NCBI GenBank assembly: GCA_049509875.1
Contig: JBEKZM010000001.1
Coordinates: forward strand, 107,485 to 171,484
Source: Verrucomicrobiota bacterium
GTDB lineage: Bacteria; Verrucomicrobiota; Verrucomicrobiia; Limisphaerales; UBA11358
Length of the DNA: 64,000 bases
Reading direction: 5' to 3'
Shown: piece by piece, positions 27,886 to 37,700 of the stretch
Numbering within the stretch: the first letter of the stretch is position 1
Layout of the letters: each line of letters opens with the position of its first letter
Program-made: the position numbers and the translations under genes
Notes under the pieces: model-generated
Told to the model about the DNA's origin: nothing
The model's input: the letters and a program-made list of their open reading frames with translations, nothing else
Database searches by the model: none

Positions 27886-28078
27886 AATTTTGCGTGCGTT
27901 AAATCTAGGTTAAATCTTGTTGAGTTGACAAAAATTTCCATTCGGTTGAGAAGTCGTGAAAATTTGAATCATCTCGCCCAAGCGGGCTGGGAATCACTTC
28001 CCGTCGCTCGGCCATAATCCTTGTATTCTTTGGCAAAAACGTCAAGCACAGACAATCTCTCGGTGCGGTTGATCCCGT

Positions 28079-28705
28079 TCATTGGACCGGGGCTTTGGGG
28101 GTGCACCAGATGAATTCGCCGCGGCGGTTCTTCGCCCAGGCGGACTCATCGTGGCCGGGGTCAACCGGCTTGTCTTTCCCGTAGCTGATGGTCCGGACGG
28201 AGTCGGCCTCGATGCCGGCCTTCGCCAGTTCCTCGCGCAGGGCCAGCGCCCGGCGTTCCCCCAGCGCGCGGTTGTATTCCTCGGTTCCCCGCTCGTCGCA
28301 GTGGCCTTCGATCAGAAGTTTCGCATTGGCATCAGACTTCAGCGCCGCGGCGACGCTGGCGACATTGACCTGTTCGCTGGCCTCCACCACCGCGCTGTCG
28401 AACTTGAAATGAACCGTGTACGCCGCGAGTTTCTCGCGGTCCTGGTTCATGCCACGCGGATCCCAATTGGTGGTGGTGCCGAGCGGCCCGCCCGCGTAGG
28501 GCGGCTGAGGCGTGGGCGTGGCGATCGGCGTGTTGTCGGGTTGAGTGATGGGTTTGGTATTGAGGTCGGATTCCGTGGTTGGTCCGGTTTGCGCCGGGTG
28601 GCCCAGGTTGGTGACTTTGGGAGTATTGGTATGCTTGCAGCCAGTGCTGGCCAGGGTGGTGATCAAGGCAAGGGTAAGGGGCAAAACAAGTCGGTTTAGT
28701 TTCAT
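28079..28705 (-). CDS. pal: Peptidoglycan-associated lipoprotein, copy 1
   Basis: Lipobox ASTGC, Pro/Thr-rich linker, IEGHCDERGTEEYNRALGERRA; directly after tolB. Confidence 0.92.
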   Translation of the reverse strand: MKLNRLVLPLTLALITTLASTGCKHTNTPKVTNLGHPAQTGPTTESDLNTKPITQPDNTPIATPTPQPPYAGGPLGTTTNWDPRGMNQDREKLAAYTVHFKFDSAVVEASEQVNVASVAAALKSDANAKLLIEGHCDERGTEEYNRALGERRALALREELAKAGIEADSVRTISYGKDKPVDPGHDESAWAKNRRGEFIWCTPKAPVQ

Positions 28706-28750
28706 AATTTTATTAAAGTTTAAGGGGCAATCGATCGGGAAAAAATCGTC

Positions 28751-29938
28751 TCAGCGGTTCCAGGCGGGCTCGGAATTGCTGCCGGACGCATGGCGGCAGT
28801 CCCGGCTTTGCTTGGTGAAAACATCCAGCACCGCCACGTTTTGACGGCCGGCCGGACCGCGGTTAAATACCAGCGTGCGCGAGTTGGGCGACCACGAGGG
28901 ATTCTGGCCCGACGCGACGGCCACCGGCAGCACCCGGCCATCCACGGACATGACGCAGATGTTGAAATCACCCGCCTGCGATGTGAACGCGATCCATTTG
29001 CCATCCGGCGACCAGTCCGGTTCGGTGGGATTGGGCGCGCCCGTGGTGGGGATGCGTTCGACGGCGCCGCCCCCGGCCGGCACCTTGGCCAAAACCCGGC
29101 GCGCGCTGATTTTCGCGGCGAAGCAAATCCACTGGCCGTCGGGCGACCAGCAGGGCGACGAATCCTCGATGCCCTTGGTGAGCCGCGTCAAATCGGAGCC
29201 GTCGGCGTCGCAGACCCAGACGTTAGGGCTGCCCATCTTGCTCAGAATCATGGCCACCTTGGAGCCGTCCGGCGAAACCGCCGCGCTGGTGTTCAGGCCG
29301 GAATAGCCGGCGATGACCCGCCGCTGGCCGCTCGATAGACTGTGATAAAAGATGTCCGGATTGCTGCGGGCATAGCTGGTGTAGTACAAGGCCATATGAC
29401 CGGGCACCCAGGCCGGTTTGGCCACAATGGCGCCGTCCGAGGTCACCTGCTGCGGGCCGTACCCGTCAAAATCCGCCACGTAAATCTCGCCGCTGCCGCC
29501 CGGCGACTGCGACTTGTAGGCAATCTTGGTGCCGCCGATGGGTTTTAAATTTTGGATGGCTGCGACGATGTCGTCGGCAAAGGCATGCGCCTGCCGGCGT
29601 TCACTCGCGCCGTTGTAAGTGCGGGAGAAGAGCGTCCTTTTGGAAGCGTTGTCCGTGAGACTTCCAGTCACGCTGCCAGCGTCGCTGCCCTTAATCGTGT
29701 ATTGGGCCAAGTCAGGGGAAACGACCTTGAAGCCTTGAACGTAAAGATCAAAGCTCAATACCTGCGCTGCCTCGCCTGTGAAGCCCTCCATCGCGATTGG
29801 AATTGGCGGAGTCAAGCCCAGCACTTTGACATTTTCATGCATCGGCAGGGCCTCATAATTCCCCTGCGCGAATGCCGTCACTGAAATCATTAAGGTTGCA
29901 AGCAATAGCGCGGTCGTTTTTAGATACTCTTTTTTCAT
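28751..29938 (-). CDS. tolB: Tol-Pal periplasmic beta-propeller protein
   Basis: Signal peptide, AHAFADDI, IYVADFDG, repeated PD40 motifs (SPDG, WSPDG, WSPNS). Confidence 0.92.
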   Translation of the reverse strand: MKKEYLKTTALLLATLMISVTAFAQGNYEALPMHENVKVLGLTPPIPIAMEGFTGEAAQVLSFDLYVQGFKVVSPDLAQYTIKGSDAGSVTGSLTDNASKRTLFSRTYNGASERRQAHAFADDIVAAIQNLKPIGGTKIAYKSQSPGGSGEIYVADFDGYGPQQVTSDGAIVAKPAWVPGHMALYYTSYARSNPDIFYHSLSSGQRRVIAGYSGLNTSAAVSPDGSKVAMILSKMGSPNVWVCDADGSDLTRLTKGIEDSSPCWSPDGQWICFAAKISARRVLAKVPAGGGAVERIPTTGAPNPTEPDWSPDGKWIAFTSQAGDFNICVMSVDGRVLPVAVASGQNPSWSPNSRTLVFNRGPAGRQNVAVLDVFTKQSRDCRHASGSNSEPAWNR

Positions 29939-30801
29939 TGGATATTGGTTCTCGTGGCGTTGAAATCAATGTGGTAGGTGCGTTCCCGGTCTTTGGTGTC
30001 CTCGGGGAATTCGTGAATAAAAGTGACCCGATCCAACATCCGCTGCACCGCTCGGTCGATGTTGGGATCGCCCGAGGGCGAAGTGATGTGAGACGAAATG
30101 ACCGAGCCATCACGGGCGATTGTAACCGTAAAATTGACCACCGCCGATTCGCTGTTCATGTTTTCCGGCGGGACCCATCTTTGATGATAAACGCTCACGA
30201 CGATAACGCCGTAGTTCGCATAGGACTCGCTGCTATTACCAGGCAGGTTAACTTCAGTTGAGGATGATTCGTTGTTTAGAATGTTGTTGGCAGCCCTTTG
30301 AATCTCGCGCGCACGTTGATCACGCAAGCGTTGAGCCTCCTTCGCGGCCTTTTCCGCGGCTTTTTCCGCCTCGGCAGCGGATTCATCCGTCGGTTTTGGG
30401 GTGTTGCGGGTGACTTTTTTCGTTAGATCCACTGTAACAACATGCTTCGGCGGTTTCGGCGTTTCTTCCGGCTTGGTGACCTCCGGTTCCGTCGTCTCCG
30501 GCGGCTTAACCGGCTCTGCGGGCGCAGGCTCAACATGTTTCACTTCCGCCGTTGGGGGCGCGGGCGCGGGCGGCGGTGGCTGGTCGGGTGTTTTGAGCGG
30601 CGGTGCAGGCGGCGGTGGCTGCGTCGCAGCCGTGCCCGCGCTGAGTAAAGCGTCGATCGCCTTGGTTGGAATTAAATCCAGAACGGGCGTGGTGTCCGGC
30701 TTGGTCGCGGGACGGATGAAAGCCGAGCAAAGCAGCACCACCAGCACCAGGAAATGCATGCCGACGGCGGCAATGAGACATTTTTTTTGCAGGCGGTTCA
30801 T
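29935..30801 (-). CDS. tolA: TolA/TonB-like energy transducer
   Basis: N-terminal TM with His (GMHFLV), Pro-rich and Ala/Glu/Lys-rich linker, C-terminal TonB_C-like domain (FTVTIARDG, SGDPNIDRAV); ATGA overlaps on both sides. Confidence 0.8.
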   Translation of the reverse strand: MNRLQKKCLIAAVGMHFLVLVVLLCSAFIRPATKPDTTPVLDLIPTKAIDALLSAGTAATQPPPPAPPLKTPDQPPPPAPAPPTAEVKHVEPAPAEPVKPPETTEPEVTKPEETPKPPKHVVTVDLTKKVTRNTPKPTDESAAEAEKAAEKAAKEAQRLRDQRAREIQRAANNILNNESSSTEVNLPGNSSESYANYGVIVVSVYHQRWVPPENMNSESAVVNFTVTIARDGSVISSHITSPSGDPNIDRAVQRMLDRVTFIHEFPEDTKDRERTYHIDFNATRTNIQ

Positions 30802-31214
30802 CTGGGCGTGGGGTCGGTGCGCAGAGAATAGCGCGAGATTCTGTGGCGCTGGCAACCGTCGAGCAGTTGAGCCACGAGATCGTAGCGGCAGTCCTTGTCG
30901 GCGCGAATATAGACCACGAGATTCGGATTCGCGCTGTAATCCCGGCCGAGGTCTGCCAGGATCTGGCCCAACGGCATCTGTCGCGATTCAAATTTATACA
31001 TGCCGCTGTTGGAAATTTCCACGGTGCGAATGTCCGACTTGCGAATCTGCGTTTCTGGTCTTCCGCCCTGGGGCAGGTGCAGATCGATGCTTTGCGTCAG
31101 CAGCGGCGTTGTGATGATGAAAATGATGAGCAGCACAAACGCCAAATCCAACAACGGAGTGATGTTGATTTCACTCAAGGTCACCAGACGACTGCGTTGT
31201 GAGAAGCGGCGCAT
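30798..31214 (-). CDS. tolR: TolR/ExbD biopolymer transport protein
   Basis: EINITPLLDLAFVLLIIFIITTP, VYIRADKD. Confidence 0.9.
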   Translation of the reverse strand: MRRFSQRSRLVTLSEINITPLLDLAFVLLIIFIITTPLLTQSIDLHLPQGGRPETQIRKSDIRTVEISNSGMYKFESRQMPLGQILADLGRDYSANPNLVVYIRADKDCRYDLVAQLLDGCQRHRISRYSLRTDPTPR

Positions 31215-31222
31215 ATTAGATT

Positions 31223-31285
31223 GCGGAGTGCGGAACGCGGAATGCGGAATGCGGAACGCAGAGCGCGGAATGGGGAGCGCGGAAC
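31223..31285. repeat. Nine-unit heptamer tandem array (GCGGAAT consensus)
   Basis: gcggagt gcggaac gcggaat gcggaat gcggaac gcagagc gcggaat ggggagc gcggaac. Confidence 0.9.
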
Positions 31286-31388
31286 TGCAGGGCACGACGT
31301 GTGGAGTGCTCCCCCATTCCCCGACTCGTCACCTCGTCGCCTACCTTAACTCCGGTTCCGTTCGTGTTCATTGGCAACCCACCCGTTT

Positions 31389-32117
31389 TCATTCTTCGCC
31401 GAGGAATTCTGTTTCCATCTTGGAAACGAGTTCCTGCGCAAAATTGTCCAGTTCCACCGTGAAGGCGCGCAAGTTGTGCACCAGCCAGTTGTAGCCAAAC
31501 ATCGACGGAATGGCCACCAGCAGGCCGGCCACCGTGGTGACCAGCGCGGCGGAAACGCCCGGCGCCATCACCGCCAGCGTCGCGCCCTGCGGCGACTGGG
31601 CAATGCCCGCGAAGGTGCTCATCACGCCCCAGACTGTGCCCAGCAGGCCCATGAACGGCGCGCCGCTCACCGCAATCGCCAGCAGGATCAGGCCCGATTC
31701 CAGCTTGAGTGATTCCTGGGCGACGACGTTCTCGATCGCGCGCTTGATGTGCTCCATGTTTTTAAGACTGATCTGCTGCTTGGTGCGTTCACCGGCCGGC
31801 CCGCGCAGCCGCTGGTCGAGATGCGAGCAGCCGGCCTGGTACACCGCGTAGAGCGGGCAGCCTTCCACCTCCAGTTTGCGGTCGAACATTTCCAGCACCG
31901 TTTTTTGCGACGTGAATTCCTGGCCAAACAAGCCATTCAACTTCCGCGCCCGCCGCATTTGGATGACTTTGAAAATCATCATCCACCAGACGGCGATTGA
32001 AGAAATAAACAAAATGACAATGATGACCTTGGCTTCCGGTCGTGCCTGGTGCCAAACGTAAAGAAGCTCCACCTGGTTGGTGGCGGCTCCGATCAATGCA
32101 AGAGGTAACCCGCTCAT
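31389..32117 (-). CDS. tolQ: TolQ/ExbB/MotA proton channel protein
   Basis: APFMGLLGTVWGVMSTF, APGVSAALVTTVAGLLVAIPS. Confidence 0.92.
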   Translation of the reverse strand: MSGLPLALIGAATNQVELLYVWHQARPEAKVIIVILFISSIAVWWMMIFKVIQMRRARKLNGLFGQEFTSQKTVLEMFDRKLEVEGCPLYAVYQAGCSHLDQRLRGPAGERTKQQISLKNMEHIKRAIENVVAQESLKLESGLILLAIAVSGAPFMGLLGTVWGVMSTFAGIAQSPQGATLAVMAPGVSAALVTTVAGLLVAIPSMFGYNWLVHNLRAFTVELDNFAQELVSKMETEFLGEE

Positions 32118-32318
32118 AAAAAATCCAAACTTGGTGGTGAGGAACCAGTTTTAGGACCAAGTGGCGGAACTCCGAGCTCTCGTCCGCCGGGGCCAATTAT
32201 CCGCACATCGGCCCCCGATTGCAAAGTATTTTTTCATCATGTAGGCCGCGTGCCCTCACGCGGCGTTCCCCGGATATTTCAACAGACTGATAGCGACCAG
32301 CGCCGCCATGCTTAAGAC

Positions 32319-33050
32319 TCACTTCACGGCCGCCCAGACGCGGTGGACGTCGTCGTGTTCGTCCAGTTCGTGGAGGAATTCGCCGACTTCATTGCGCTGC
32401 GCGTCGGTCAATTCGGGGCATTGCTTGGGCACGTAGCCGATTTCGCTCGTGACCACGGTCCAGCCATTGGCGGCGAGCCACTTGGAGACTCCGGCTACAG
32501 CCGTGCGCTCGCAGATGAACTTTGCGCCGGCCGCGCCTTCAGGAATGTCGTCGTTCTGCTCGTGGGAGAGCACTTCCACCTCGTCGGCACCCGCTTCGAT
32601 GGCCGCCGCCTCGCGATCGATGTTGCCGTCCGGATGAGCCGCCTCGACCAGGCCCACGTGATCGAACAAAAACTTGTTGCTGCCGGTGGTGGCGAGCTGG
32701 CCCTTCTTGAACAACACGCGGATTTCCGGCGCGGTCCGGTTGACGTTGTCGGTATAGACTTCAACAATCACCGGCACGTTGTGCGGCGCGCGGCCCTCAT
32801 AGAACACGTGGTCCATGACCAATTTTTCGCCGCCGACGCCGGCGCCCTTGTTGATGGCGCGCTGGATGGCGTCCTTGGTCACGCTTTCCTTTTTCGCTTT
32901 CTCCACCGCGGCAAAAAGGTGCGGATTCATCGAGGGATCCGGCCCGCCCATCTTGGCGGCAACCGAAATTTCGCGAACCAGTTTGCTCGTCGTCCGGCCC
33001 TTCTTGAGGCCGGCGACCAATCGTTTGGCATGCAGCCATTGGCGTCCCAT
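32319..33050 (-). CDS. yebC: YebC/PmpR-family protein
   Basis: REISVAAKMGGPDPSMNP, AIQRAINKGAG, YEGRAP, TDNVNRT, DEHDDVHRVW. Confidence 0.92.
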   Translation of the reverse strand: MGRQWLHAKRLVAGLKKGRTTSKLVREISVAAKMGGPDPSMNPHLFAAVEKAKKESVTKDAIQRAINKGAGVGGEKLVMDHVFYEGRAPHNVPVIVEVYTDNVNRTAPEIRVLFKKGQLATTGSNKFLFDHVGLVEAAHPDGNIDREAAAIEAGADEVEVLSHEQNDDIPEGAAGAKFICERTAVAGVSKWLAANGWTVVTSEIGYVPKQCPELTDAQRNEVGEFLHELDEHDDVHRVWAAVK

Positions 33051-33098
33051 AGTTGGATGATTTAAACAGAAAGGGCGGCGGTTTTCAATCGAATGAAT

Positions 33099-33671
33099 TC
33101 ACCGGTAAAGCCCCGCCCCGTGAATGGCCGCCGCCGCCGCCGCGGGAACGAGCTGGTCGATGGGCTGACCCGTTTTGATTCGGGACCGGATTTCGGAGGA
33201 CGACACGCCCAAGGGAAAGCCCTTCAACGTGCGGCCGCGGAAAGGAGGCGGGAAGACCGCCGCGGCGCCGCCAGGCCGGGGCACCGCCACGAACTCGGCC
33301 AGCCGGGCCAGGTCGGCCGCTTCGTACCACTCGTGTAATTTGGCGACGTTGTCGGCGCCGATCAGGCAAAACAATTTCGCCGCGGGAAATTGCCCGGCGT
33401 AGTTGCGCAGCGTGTCCACCGTATAGGAGACGCCGCCGCGGCGGATTTCCTGGTCGTCCACCTCGCAGTTGGTTTTACCCACCAGCGCCAGCCGGAGCAG
33501 TTGCAGGCGCATCGGACCGGGCGCCGGGTGGTTGGCCGGCTTGAAGGGTGATTGCGCCGCGGGCACAAAGAACAGCCGGTCCAGCCCCAATTCTTCAATG
33601 GCCGCCTGCGCCACGAGCAGATGGCCCAGGTGAACCGGGTCAAACGAGCCGCCGTAGATGCCGAGTTTCAT
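33099..33671 (-). CDS. nadD: Nicotinate-nucleotide adenylyltransferase
   Basis: GGSFDPVHLGH, SPFK, SYTVDTL, IGADN, SSSEIR. Confidence 0.95.
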   Translation of the reverse strand: MKLGIYGGSFDPVHLGHLLVAQAAIEELGLDRLFFVPAAQSPFKPANHPAPGPMRLQLLRLALVGKTNCEVDDQEIRRGGVSYTVDTLRNYAGQFPAAKLFCLIGADNVAKLHEWYEAADLARLAEFVAVPRPGGAAAVFPPPFRGRTLKGFPLGVSSSEIRSRIKTGQPIDQLVPAAAAAAIHGAGLYR

Positions 33672-33824
33672 TGGCCGCGCTTAATGTAGCCGCAAACTCA
33701 CTTTTGCGGCCATGGAAATCGTCCGCCAAATTCCCCATCCGCCGGATGCGCTGTTGCCTTTTGGGAATGTTTTGCGGATCATGGATGGCGAGTTTCGGCA
33801 GCCATGCATAAAATCCAATCAACC

Positions 33825-34697
33825 ATGAGCGCGCGTCTGCCAGTCAAAAAAACCTACAAGCTGTACCTGGGCGGCAAGTTTCCGCGCAGTGAGAGTGGAC
33901 GCTATCTGCCGGCGCGTTCCGCCCAAGGCGCCATGCTGGATAATTTCGCCCACGCCTCGCGCAAGGATTTTCGCGACGCCGTGGCGGCCGCGCGGGCCGC
34001 CGTGCCAGGGTGGGGCAAAGCCACGGCCTATAATCGGGGGCAAATTCTCTATCGCGCCGCTGAAATGCTACAGAACCGCGCGAGTGAGTTGGTCAACGAA
34101 ATTGCGCGCTCGACCAACGTGAGCTCCGCCCGCGCAAAACGCGAGGTCGCCGCGGCCATCGACCGGCTGGTGTATTTCGCGGGCTGGACGGACAAATATC
34201 AGCAGGTTTTCGGCACGGTGAATCCCGTGGCCAGCCCGCATTTCAACTTCACCACGCCCGAACCCACCGGCGTGGTCGTGGTGCTGGCGCCGGATGAACC
34301 GCCGTTGCTGGCGTTGGTGTCCTTGCTCGCGCCGGTCGTCCTCAGCGGCAACGCCGCGGTGGTGCTCGCCTCCGAAAAATTTCCGCTGCCCGCCGCCACG
34401 TTCGCGGAAATTCTGGCGACCAGTGATTTGCCGGGCGGCGTGGTGAATATTCTGACGGGCAAACGCGCCGAACTCGTGCCGCACATCGTGTCGCACATGG
34501 ACGTAAACGCCGTGGTGGACGGCGTGGGCGATCCGGACCTGGGCGCCAAATTGCAGGCGGGCACCGCCCTCAATTTGAAGCGTTATTCCAGACACGCGCT
34601 GTCGGCCGCCGATTGGTCCGGCGCCAAAGCGGAAGACCCCTATTGGATTCTCGACACGGTGGAGCTCAAGACCGCGTGGCACCCAATTGGGGTCTGA
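33825..34697 (+). CDS. Short aldehyde dehydrogenase-family protein (NAD-binding part only)
   Basis: KTYKLYLGGKFPRSESGR, YFAGWTDK, PEPTGVV, LPGGVVNILTG, KTAWHPIG; 290 aa, no catalytic domain. Confidence 0.85.
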   Translation: MSARLPVKKTYKLYLGGKFPRSESGRYLPARSAQGAMLDNFAHASRKDFRDAVAAARAAVPGWGKATAYNRGQILYRAAEMLQNRASELVNEIARSTNVSSARAKREVAAAIDRLVYFAGWTDKYQQVFGTVNPVASPHFNFTTPEPTGVVVVLAPDEPPLLALVSLLAPVVLSGNAAVVLASEKFPLPAATFAEILATSDLPGGVVNILTGKRAELVPHIVSHMDVNAVVDGVGDPDLGAKLQAGTALNLKRYSRHALSAADWSGAKAEDPYWILDTVELKTAWHPIGV

Positions 34698-34700
34698 TGG

Positions 34701-37700
34701 TTACAGCCATTGCCGGATTTTGTCCTCGAATTTGTTGTAGATAAACCCCACCGCCGACAGGGCCAGTCCCAGCGCCAGAAACGTCAGCACCCGCCCCAGC
34801 GTTTCCTGCCGCCACACATCCACCAGCACGACGCGCCCGATGGTCGAGGCCAGCACGCCCAAACCAAACCAGCGCAAAAACCGCTCGTGCAACAGGATTC
34901 CGGCCGTGAAGGCGATCACGGCAAACCCGGCCCAGGTCATGGTGACATAAAACCCGCTCGTATAAGGCGCGGTCCAGCAGGACAGATAGCGCCACAGGCT
35001 CAAGCCCGCCACGATGACCAGCGTGCCGTGCACGTTTTCATCGAGCGGAAGTTTCGCGGAACGGCGCCGGAGGCTTTGTTGCATGACAAACAACGCCAGC
35101 AAGGCGAGAAGGTTCGGCCAATATATATCCATGACCAGATTGTCGCGGGCCCACAGCAACGTTAGGGCTGCGACGGCATAAACCGCCACCGCCACCAGCG
35201 CTTCGCGCGAACTGCGCCAGATGGGCAGCGCAAAGACCGCCGCGGCCGCCAGCATGCAGGTCCAAACACGTTCGCGCTCCGGCACGTAGTCCCAGATCCA
35301 CCCCAGCGACATGACCAGGGCCAGCCAGCGATAGATCAGCGCCACTTGCAGCAGCGGCTGGCGTATCTCCGGCTTCGACTCCGGCTGGCGCGCAAACCAC
35401 GCCAGCGTGGCCCAGGAGAGCCCGGCCAGCCCGGCCAGCGGCGCCAGCGGGAAATACCATTCGGGCTTTTCGTGCGTGAGTTGTTGCAGAAATTCCCAAG
35501 TGCTGACGGCCAGGAAGACCTGCCCGCAAATGGCCAGCATCCAGGCCCGGGTGAGCAATCCATAGGCGGTCACCGCCACTGCCAGCAGGCTGGTCAACAC
35601 CAGCCAGGACGGGGCGGACACCAGCGGATGCAACCAGACCAGCGCCACGCCCACCGCCGCCAGCGCGAACATCGTTGAGTAGCAGGCGAAAAAGTTCCGG
35701 CTGATCGCGATGGTTTTTTGATGCTGCCACCAGTGGCTCAGACCGAGGGTGGCGGCAATGACCAACAGCGGGTTCCACCACGGCGGTGTGGCGGTCGCAT
35801 AATGGAACAGCCACGCGATTTGGGCCAGGATCAGGAAGAGCTGGCCGAGCAAGGTAATTTCCCGGAGGCGGAGCAGATAGATCGAAAAGGTGAGCGCCAC
35901 GGCCTCCGCCGCCAGCACGAGCGGCAGATTCGCCGCGGAAGTGTTGAACCAGGTTGCCGCCAGCCAGGGAGCGAAGGCAAGCACCGCCCACGCCGAAGGC
36001 TCGGGCCGCAGCGGCAGCGTACTCTTGCGGTCGGCCCGATGCGCCCGTAGCGCGTTGGCCACCATGATGGCCCCCACTCCGATCGCGATCCACAGGCCCA
36101 TGGTATCAAACTGACTCAAGCCCGCGAGACACCAGGAAGCGGCCCCGACGGCGCTCGCATACGCCGCGACTTTCGGCACCGCCGTTTTATATCCGCCCAG
36201 GAGGTTGTAAAAGACCGCGCCCTCCACGCCTAAAACCAGCGCCACGAGCAGATGCGGCTCCCGCGTGTTGAACCACGCGGCCAGGACCCAACTGGCAAAG
36301 GAAAGCAGGGTAAAGGCTGAACTCTCCAGGCGGCGCGGTTCCGCGGCTGCCTGGGACTCCCGGCGGTGCGCCCAAACGGCGTTGAAGGCCAGCATGGCTC
36401 CCACCCCGGTGGCCATCCATAAATCCTGGGCGTCGAATTCCTTCAGGCCCGCCGCACACCAGCCGATGGCCAGCAGCGCCGCGGCATGAGCGAAAAATTT
36501 CAGCACGGGACTCTGCCGCTGCGTGCCCAGCACATACAGCACAATGCTCTCGGCGCCAAGGACCAGCGCCAGTTGCAGGCCCGCAAACTTCGAAATGAAT
36601 CCAAGCGTCACCAGCACCAGACCGTGGGTGAGATAGGAGTTTTTCGTGAGCGGCTCCGACGCCAAGAACCGCCCCGCCGCCAGCGCCAGCGCCAGCAGCG
36701 CCGAACCATAAATCAGTGAAAATTTCCAGAAGCCGCCCGTGTGGACCTGCAGCATCGTCAGCAAGAACAACGCGAAGTAGGCGCCGTTGTTCAGCGTGAG
36801 AAAGGCCGCGCGGTTGGGGCCGGAAAGCTTGTCACTCTTGGACAAAAAGGTCGCGGCGGTGAACACCACCCAGTAGCCGGCCAGGAAGCCGGCGCCCAGC
36901 CCGAGATTTTCCTCCGGCGTGGCCCAGTGCCAGCCGTCAGGGTGCAGGAACCGCCAGAACGCGTAACCGGCATAACTCGTGATGAGGCTGGCGAACGAGA
37001 GCGCCGCCCAGCGGTTGCGCACCAGGAAGACCACGGCGGCGATGGTGAGAATGAGATTCGAATACAGCGTGAACTCGCCGACCCGCGTGATCACCGAGGT
37101 GAAGAAGGCCAGGCCGATGGCGAACAGCGCCATAATTTCGGACTTTCGGCGGTCCGCAATCCAGGCGATCACCCCCGCCCAGGCCAAAAGCAAGGTGCCG
37201 TCACGCAGCGGGCTGTCGATGACGCAGACCGGCGGCGCATAATGGGCGGCGTAGGTTGTGAAATAGACCGCCGCCAGGCCGCCGGCAAACAGCACCTGCG
37301 CATAGTTGCTGAGCGACTCCTTGACGTTGCGCCGTTGCCACCAAGCGCCGGCGCCGAGCAGCAATGCGCTGGCCAGATAAAGCAGCGAAACCTTTCCGAC
37401 GGGACCCAGCCGGGGAACGATGTTGTGATAGGCCAGATTCGCGCCGAAGACGAGCGAGGTCAAAATAACCACCACTCCGACGCGCACGGCCCAGAATTTA
37501 CCGACGCGCATTTCGAAAGAATCCTTCGGCGCGGCTGGCAACGGGGCCGGCGACGGTACGGCGGCGGCCTGGGCATTCTCCAAAACCGTCTCGGACCGCA
37601 GCACAGCACTGGGCACGAATCTCGGAATGATTGGCGGCGGCACCATGGGAGGCCTCATTTCCGGTGCCCCCGGCCCGGCGGCAGGTTGCGAGGTCATTGC

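Noticed and set aside
31215-31295. N-terminal extension of TolR (PRSAFRIPHSAFRTP)
   Set aside because: It is the in-frame reading of the heptamer array; MRRFSQR at 31214 is the family-typical start
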